15,167 bases of DNA from Macrostomum lignano. Taxonomy: Eukaryota. Shown here piece after piece: positions 8,501 to 15,167 of this stretch; the stretch's first letter is position 1, and each line of letters starts with the position of its first letter. The notes under the pieces are model-generated. The model did no database searches and had not been told where the DNA came from. It saw nothing but the letters and a program-made list of their open reading frames with translations. The stretch covers positions 1 to 15,167 of the forward strand of contig NIVC01005259.1 of assembly GCA_002269645.1 (NCBI GenBank). Reading direction: 5' to 3'. Made by a program: the position numbers and the translations under genes.

Positions 8501-11500
8501 GTTGTCAAAGTTGCAAAAAGATCCCGGAATGGCAGACACTGTGTTTTGGTTGCGATTTGAAACATGTTTGAAACGTTTTTTGGTCGAGCACTGGAAAGTA
8601 AACGATTATTGGTTTCGCATAGAATATCAGAGTCGCGGAAGTCCACACGTTCACGGTTGCATTTGGATGCCAGATGGTGTTGATGTGACATCGAATACAT
8701 TGAATGCAGAAGAATTGACGAGCTTTGTTGACAAGTACATCTGTAGTTGGAATTTGGCCATGGACGAATCGGATTATGGAAATCAAGTTTTGAATGGCAG
8801 TTTAGCAGGTCAAGGTCATCCAGCTCAACTGAAACCGGAAGAGATTGAAAATGACAAGCAAGATTTGCAGTTAATTTCGCATTTGACAGAGAGGCACACT
8901 ATTTGCAGTAAAAAGTGCTTGCGAACAGTAAAAGGCAAACAAGAGTGCCGATTCAAGTATCCGCGCGAGCCGCAGGAAAAGACTGTTGCAAAGCGAGTAT
9001 CCCGTTTAAATTGGCAAGTTGAGACGCAGCGCAACGACGAGCGAATGATTTCTCACAGTCCGCAGTTGCTGTGCATGTGGAGAGCCAATGTCGATGTTCA
9101 AATGATTTCGTCCGTGAAGAATTTGATTCGCTATTTGATCAAGTATGCGACAAAAAGCGAAAAGGAGTCGGATTATATGGCGGAGCTGACAAAGCGTCTT
9201 CATAAGGAGTTGGAAGATAATGCAGAACAGAATGCCGATAACAATTTTCAGCGTAGCAACACTGCAAGGCGTGTTGTACAACAACACTTGATGGCGCAAG
9301 TTGGAGCGCGTGATTATTCGGCGCAAGAGGCAATGCATTTGCTATTGCAGACGTCAATGTACAAGGGTTCGCGAGAATTTGTTTTTGTTCAGACTGGCGA
9401 AACCCGCGCAGTGGAGGAAAAGGGTGTTTGCAGGAATAGTTGCGACAAGTATTCAAAGCGTGCAAAGAATTTGGAAAATGTAACAATGTTTCGTTTCTTT
9501 TCCGACTACTGTCTCAGCCCTAATGGGAGGTGCACAAAAAGGCCGAAACAAGTAGTTTTGCTAATCAGTCCATTTTTTCGACCGAATGAGCAATCAGACG
9601 AAAGACGCGAAGGCTATTATCGGCAGCAGGTTTTGTTGTACAGTTGTTGGCGAAATGAGCGAGAAGCCAAAGGTTTGCACACAAGCTGGCAGCAAGCGTA
9701 CGAAGCCATGCCTGCTGAGAATCGATGCGAGCTGCAGCTGCCCAATTTGGACGATTTGCGCAACGACGAAGCTGACGAAGAAGTCGAAGCAGTTGCGGAG
9801 CTACCCGAAATGACCAACGCAAATGCGCAATCTGCTGCTCAGCCAACTTATGAGCACGAAGAGCAAGAAGATTGGATGGTTGCAGTGGGGGCACTTCATC
9901 GCGAGAGAAATCTATTGGCCTGTCCAGAAGATCAATTGCCAAAGCCGCCAGAAAATTTTGACTGGAGCGCAGCTAGTGGCGGCCAGTTTCCAACGGTTGG
10001 AGAAGCAAAGGCGTTTTTAAGTAGCGACCTAAAACTTGGCGCAAGAGAGGTCGCTGACATGCCGATAAACAGTGTTGAATCGCTTAATGTTCGGCAGCGA
10101 GAAATGTACAACCTAATTGAAAGTCATTTGCAGCTTTCAAGACTAGCCGAAGAAAACCAAGGCGAAAAGCCGGAGCCTCTCAAAGCAATTTTGTATGGTA
10201 GCGCTGGAACTGGAAAAAGCTACTTGATTTCTACATTGCGTCGGTTGATTGGAGAATCAAGATGCAGAATTATGGCATCAACAGGCGTAGCCGCTTTCAA
10301 TATTGCAGGCGAAACTTTGCACTCGGCTTTGAAATTGAATGTAAATTTTAGTGCTGGTGTTGGCAAGAAATCCCTAATGGAGATGCAAGAGCAGTGGAAA
10401 GATGTGCGCTACATTTTTATTGACGAATTTAGCATGCTTGGCCAAAGGTTACTCCGTAAGGTGGATGCTCGTTTGCGCGAATTGTTTCCAGAACACAGTA
10501 AACAGAGTTTTGGTGGTCGATCTGTAATCCTAATTGGCGACGTGTTTCAATTGCCTCCAGTTTTGGACACGCAACTGTACGTTTACAATCCAAATCAAAA
10601 GAAGCACGATATATTGAAATCTGAAGGCTATAAATTGTACATGGAGTTCAAAAAGGTTGTGCATCTGACAGAACAAGTCCGACAAGCAAACGATACGGAA
10701 TTCGCCCAGTTGTTGGATAAACTTCGCGAAGGCAAGGCCGACGAAGCCTGCTGGAATTCGTTGATGAACAATTGTCGCGTCTATGCTCCCGACCTTTTGC
10801 CTGAAGGTTTCCAAAGCGGGTGTACATTTTTATATCACACTAACGAGGATGTGAGAAATCGCAACTACATGCTATTGGGAAAGATGGTTTCCGAATTGAA
10901 TCCTGTGCGGCAAATTAACGCAATTTGTAAAGGAGACGAAGCAAAATTGTGTGGCAAAAAGAAGGAACATAAAAAATCGGATACGAATCTGGAGAAGCGA
11001 CTCTATTTGTGTATTGGTGCTCGAGTAATGCTAACTAGAAATCTGTCAGTACGCAATGGACTTGTGAATGGATCAGTTGGAACTGTACGAGGAATTTGCT
11101 ACGCTCCTGGAAGGCAATCACCAAAGGATTGGCCAGATTGTATTTGGGTTGAATTTGACAATTATTCTGGCCCAGCAATGGGGGCAATTGTACAAGATAA
11201 TCGTGCAATTCGTGTAGTGCCAATTCTGTCAGTAACGAATGAAAAGTTTAAAGGAGGAGCCCAATTGTCGCGTCAACAATTTCCACTACGATTGGCTTGG
11301 GCTAGTACGATTCACAAGAGCCAAGGACTTACAATTCCAAAAGCGTACGTGGCGTTTAGCAAAGGAGGCGCCAGGAAAGCTATTCCAGCTGGATTATTTT
11401 ATACTGCGGTGAGTAGAGTTCGTGCATTTGCAGATTTGCGAGTATCAAGTTGCGATTACAACAATTTCGTGAGCCTTTTTTCTGCACAAAAAGTGCAGAC

Positions 11501-11564
11501 GCAGTTGCATGAGCAAAAGCGTTTGCTGAGAATGTGCTCATCCGCGAATTCTGATAGCCGCTAA
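5536..11564 (+). CDS. Helitron RepHel transposase, main exon (OTU - basic linker - C4 ZnF - DUF6570-like - HUH Rep - PIF1 helicase)
   Basis: About 6 kb with no stop codon. Rep motifs FFVTLSAADVHWPEL, RIEYQSRGSPHVH and YLIKYATK. Helicase motifs GSAGTGKS, IFIDEFS, GDVFQLPPV, QFPLRLAWASTIHKSQGLTI and YTAVSRVR. The 5' boundary is set at the acceptor TTCTTTTACAG (AG at 5534-5535), not at the TTG at 5520. Confidence 0.95.
5630..6040 (+). other. OTU-like cysteine protease domain of RepHel
   Basis: VRGDGNCFF motif (Cys codon 5658-5660) and distal QHYEIV (His codon 6027-6029), matching the OTU D-x-x-C...H pattern. Confidence 0.85.
7224..7295 (+). other. C4 zinc-finger-like motif (CYVC...CDRC)
   Basis: Two CxxC pairs just upstream of the DUF6570-like/Rep region. 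Confidence 0.65.
7350..7690 (+). other. DUF6570-like region
   Basis: The pattern LQDLSVAEQMLIS...GHGIMLPQ...LPR...LRVRRDKVTNAMRYLMANNKYF resembles, from memory, the domain found N-terminal to Helentron/Helitron2 Reps. Not confirmed by an HMM search. Confidence 0.6.
8380..9155 (+). other. HUH/Y2 Rep endonuclease core
   Basis: Motif 1 HFFVTLS, motif 2 EYQSRGSPHVH (8622-8654), motif 3 YLIKYATK (9132-9155) with both catalytic Tyr present. Confidence 0.92.
10180..11430 (+). other. PIF1-family (SF1B) DNA helicase domain
   Basis: Walker A GSAGTGKS (10197-10220), Walker B IDE (Asp codon 10422-10424), GDxxQLPPV, and motifs V/VI TIHKSQGLT and YTAVSRVR. Confidence 0.95.
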
Positions 11565-11577
11565 CTTGCTATTCTAA

Positions 11578-12280
11578 AGTCGGCAACTATTTAGTCAGCA
11601 ACTATCCATCCAGTCAGCATCCGTCCAGTCAGCAGCCGTCAGTCAGCAACAATCCAGTCAGCAACCATCCAGTCAGCAACCATCCAGTCAGCAAACATCC
11701 ATCCAGTCAGCAACCATTCGTCCAGTCAGCATCCATCCAGTCAGCAACCATCCAGTCAGCAACCATCCAGTCAGCATCCGTCCAGTCAGCAGCCATCCAG
11801 TCAGCAACCGTCCATCCAGTCAGCAACAATCCAGTCAGCAATCATCCAGTCAGCAACCATCCAGTCACAACCATCCAGTCAGCAGTCATCCAGTCAGCAA
11901 CCATCCGTCCAGTCAGCAACCATCCGTCCAGTCAGCAATCATCCGTCCAGTCAGCGACCATCCAGTCGGCAACCATCCAGTCACAACCATACGTCCAGTC
12001 AGCAACCATCCAGTCAGCAACCATCCAGTCAGCAACCATCCATCCATTCAGCAACCATCCAGTCAGCAACCATCCAGTCAGCAACCATCCAGTCAGCAAC
12101 CATTCGTCCAGCAACCATCCATCCAGTCAGCAACAATCCAGTCAGCAACCATCCAGTCAGCAAACATCCATCCAGTCAGCAACCATTCGTCCAGTCAGCA
12201 TCCATCCAGTCAGCAACCATCCAGTCAGCAACCATCCAGTCAGCATCCGTCCAGTCAGCAGCCATCCAGTCAGCAACCGT
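11578..12280. repeat. 15-bp minisatellite, consensus AGTCAGCAACCATCC, with variant units
   Basis: Begins 13 bp after the RepHel stop codon. Some units carry ATCC/GTCC insertions. The + strand is strongly C/A-rich. Confidence 0.97.
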
Positions 12281-12705
12281 TGTAGAAATTATAAGGAACA
12301 GAACGACTGAAATGTACAGTTTAATTATTTCAAAATTAAATAATTTCGAATTCTATTTTACCTTATTGCTTTCTTCAATTAAATTTTGTTATACAATTTA
12401 TAAAATGCCTATTTTCAAAATATACCTCAAAAAGTAAGTTCAACAGCTTTAAAAATGCGCACGTTTTTACACTTCACGGCTCCAAAAAGTCACCATAGAA
12501 GATTTTTGCAGGACGCAAGACTTTTTACGTTACAAAATAGCACTTTTATGTGCATTTTTTATTCAGTTTCAAAAGGCTTTTTAGTTACCTATTTGGTATT
12601 TTTTGTTTTAAAGATTTTTGCGAAATCAGGTCATTTTAACTTGTTACGAAACTGTGGACCCACACTTTTACGCAACGCAATGCGCATGATGTCATCTTAA
12701 AGCAC

Positions 12706-13760
12706 TTGCTAAATGCTATTTATTGACACTACACTGAAGGCCTGGCGTAGGATAGTTAATAAATGGCAGCGTGAAATATAGCAAAAAAACGCATAGTACC
12801 GGAACCTCGTAATTCGGTAAAATGTTAATAGCGTCAAAATACGAATTTTCGCACACTAACGAAGATGGCAGTCATCTGTACGTGTTTACTGGGCACAATA
12901 GTGCTCTTGGAAGCTAAGAACCTCATAGCGAAAATTAATATATTTTCCGCCCTATGTAGTGCTCAAATGGGTTGTTTTTGCACAAAATCACGTTTTTCGA
13001 TTTTGAGAGTCAATTAAAAATTTTTTTTGCAACTGACAGACGTGAATGTCACTTTTTCTGAGAGTATTCATCTAGATGTTTCTAATAAGTACTAATATGG
13101 GTCATTCTTATGCTTCACCTATCCTTAGTATAGGTACAAAGTCATTATTTCATTTCCAGCAAGTCACGTGACCTGGCCTGAGGTGTACAACGCATCGTGC
13201 AATGCCAGCGAACATACACTCAAATTAAAGCACTTTTTAAATGCTAACTATTGACACCACACTGAAGGCCTGGCGTAGCATCGTTAATAAATGGCAGCGT
13301 GAAATATAGCAAAAAAACGCATAACACCGGAACCTCGTAATTCGGTAAATGTTATTAGCGTAAAAATACGAATTTTCGCACACTAACGAAGATAGCAGTC
13401 ATCTGTACGTGTTTACTGGGCACAATAGTGCTCTTGGAAGCTAAGAACCTCATAGCGAAAATCAATAAATTTTTCACCCTATGTGTGCTCATATAGGTTG
13501 TTTTTGCACAAAATCACGTTTTTCGATTTTAAGAGTCAATTATAACAAAATTTTGCAACTGACAGACGTGAATATCATTTTTTCTGACAGTAGTCATCTA
13601 GGTGTTTCTAATAAGTACAAATTTTGGTTCATTCTTACGCTTCACCTATCCTTAGTATAGGTACAAAGTCATTATTTCATTTCCAGCAAGTCACGTGACC
13701 TGACCTGAGGTGTACAACGCATCGTGCAATGACAGCGAACATACATTCAAATTAAAGTAC
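12706..13760. repeat. Mirror copy of the 2 x ~527 bp tandem duplication in the right arm
   Basis: Reverse complement of 1566-2620. Confidence 0.92.
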
Positions 13761-14310
13761 ATCTAAAATGTAGTTCAATGACACCAAGCGCGTCGCGCTC
13801 GGTAATCCGCTCAAAAGTTACAGGCTAAAAAGTATGTTCGATATGCAAGCCCCCCGTACCGTCGTTAAAGTACATTTCTGTACCGGCAGCGACTTCAATA
13901 AACTAAGACGAAATTTCAAAATATACATATTGTGCGCAATTTAGTTGTGCACCTTGCCTAAAAAGTCTGATTTTCCTAGCATGTCGTCGTTTCTTATTTT
14001 TTGTACATTTGTATCATGAAAAATACATAAAAATAGCCTAAATCACGTTTATCGACTTTAGCAGTGTATGGCTCAGAGTCAGTGCAACGAAACGGCTCAA
14101 AATGTATTATAAACATGTAGATCTTACCTAAATGACCGCATTCATGTACTTTTTAGAGTCTCGCAACAAGGTTGAATTTCCTTTATTTCGGTTCGAATAC
14201 CTACCCGTCGAATATTCGAATGTAATTAACAGGTGCGAATGTACAGTTAAAGTGAGTATCTTGGTTAAAGTCGTGCGTCATGTAAGAGTCCCAGGTGCCA
14301 TTGTTAGAAT

Positions 14311-14356
14311 GACGCAGCTCAAAGGTCGCGCTGACGCGCGACCTTTGAGCTGCGTC
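14311..14356. other. Perfect 21-bp-stem, 4-nt-loop hairpin inside the right arm
   Basis: GACGCAGCTCAAAGGTCGCGC-TGAC-GCGCGACCTTTGAGCTGCGTC. Confidence 0.95.
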
Positions 14357-14574
14357 AGTTGAAAGTTGATAAAAATGCGCATTTTTTGACACTTAAAAAC
14401 ACACTTTTACAGAATTACCTATCAAGGTAAGCATTTAGCGGAAAATAACCAATCAGTGTCTTGAAGGTCTGAAAATTCGCCAAAAGTTGGGTTCAATCAA
14501 TTTTTGACTCCATATTGTGAATCCTTATTTTTTGAGATTCAAGATTTGACGGGTCTAAAAAAAGTCACTTTTTT

Positions 14575-14609
14575 GTTGCCATGGCAACCAAGACGCGTTG
14601 CTATGGAAC
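14575..14609. promoter_or_regulatory. Two adjacent RFX X-box-like motifs (mirror copies at 750-785)
   Basis: Perfect palindrome GTTGCCATGGCAAC (14575-14588) and GTTGCTATGGAAC (14597-14609). Motif match only; no functional evidence. Confidence 0.4.
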
Positions 14610-14767
14610 TTTCACGTCACACATCTTGTAGCCCTAAATGTTTTACGTCCATAGAGGGGTCACACATGGTTTCATCTCAAGTGGTTTTAACTCTGCATCA
14701 ATTTTATTTTCTAAAACGTTGATTTTACGTTGGGGAGTCTCCGGGACATCTTATCTCGGTCTCGTTT

Positions 14768-14808
14768 GTCCGGAAAAATTGCCAACGAGGAGCGAAGCGA
14801 GCGAAGCG
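14768..14808 (+). repeat. Truncated copy of the terminal hairpin, in direct orientation relative to 519-560
   Basis: GTCCGGAAAAATTGCCAACGAGGAGCGAAG is identical to 519-548 on the + strand, although the adjoining arm is inverted. Confidence 0.9.
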
Positions 14809-15167
14809 TCAGTCAGCAACAATCCAGTCAGCAACCATCCAGTCAGCAACACATCCAGTCAGCAAACATCCATCCAGTCAGCAACCATTCGTCAGTCAGC
14901 ATCCATCCAGTCAGCAACCATCCAGTCAGCAACCATCCAGTCAGCATCCGTCCAGTCAGCAGCCATCCAGTCAGCAACCGTCCATCCAGTCAGCAACAAT
15001 CCAGTCAGCAATCATCCAGTCAGCAACCATCCAGTCACAACCATCCAGTCAGCAGTCATCCAGTCCAGCAACCATCCGTCCAGTCAGCAACCCATCCGTC
15101 CAGTCAGCAATCATCCGTCCAGTCAGCGACCATCCAGTCGGCAACCATCCAGTCACAACCATACGTC
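14807..15167. repeat. Second, direct copy of the 15-bp minisatellite (copy of ~11637-11995), running off the window
   Basis: Same order of variant units (AACAATCC, AAACATCCATCC, AACCATTCGT, AGCAGCCATCC, GTCACAACC, GCGACC, GTCGGCAACC, ATACGTC). Confidence 0.95.

Larger units (their letters stand above)
12280..14767 (+). repeat. Right long inverted-repeat arm (~2.49 kb)
   Basis: Starts TTGTAGAAATTATAAGG (reverse complement of the sequence ending at 3046) and runs to GGTCTCGTTT, the reverse complement of the sequence beginning at 591. Confidence 0.97.
500..14808 (+). mobile_element. Helitron-superfamily rolling-circle transposon locus: RepHel gene between long inverted arms (outer boundaries provisional)
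   Basis: Contains a long uninterrupted Rep+PIF1 helicase ORF, a hairpin+CTAG terminus at 500-590, and inverted arms 591-3046/12280-14767. Whether this is one element or a composite of copies is not resolved. Confidence 0.8.

Noticed and set aside
6075-11223. Many short antisense or alternate-frame ORFs overlapping RepHel
   Set aside because: Expected shadows of a long coding sequence; no motifs.
11932-12114. 60-aa ORF with WLLTG/WMVAD repeats
   Set aside because: Translation of the 15-bp minisatellite.
11578-12280. CRISPR array or telomeric repeat
   Set aside because: Units are contiguous with no unique spacers, there are no cas genes, the context is eukaryotic, and the unit is not a recognised telomere motif.
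3046-12280. Simple fold-back (mirror) sequencing chimera as the explanation for the arms
   Set aside because: The arms are separated by 9.2 kb of unique sequence and differ by a 36-nt hairpin deletion and hairpin orientation. A more complex assembly artefact is still possible.
500-14808. Polinton/Maverick or endogenous parvovirus/densovirus
   Set aside because: No protein-primed PolB, integrase or capsid ORF. The helicase is PIF1/SF1B rather than the SF3 helicase of parvoviral NS1.

Overview
Eukaryotic, probably animal, AT-rich DNA with spliceosomal introns, dominated by a rolling-circle transposon locus. The core is an apparently intact Helitron-family RepHel gene on the + strand. Its main exon (5536-11564) encodes an OTU protease, a basic S/R-rich linker, a C4 Zn finger, a DUF6570-like region, an HUH/Y2 Rep with the Helentron/Helitron2-type RGSPH signature, and a PIF1-like SF1B helicase. 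No AP endonuclease follows the helicase. Two upstream phase-1 exons missed by the ORF track (4123-4201, 4979-5350) extend the protein to about 2159 aa and add an AT-hook-like motif. The gene sits between two near-identical inverted arms of about 2.46 kb (591-3046 and 12280-14767). The left arm ends in a 21-bp-stem hairpin followed by CTAG|T on the minus strand, which is a canonical Helitron 3' end. The right arm has the same hairpin in the opposite (flip/flop) orientation. That copy breaks in its loop and jumps back into a direct copy of the 15-bp minisatellite that follows the stop codon (3170-bp offset). The best lead is an HUH-Rep element with long inverted terminal arms and flip/flop hairpins, resembling rolling-hairpin replicons. 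A rearranged or tandem Helitron locus, or a long-read assembly artefact, cannot be excluded from sequence alone. The host species cannot be identified from this window.
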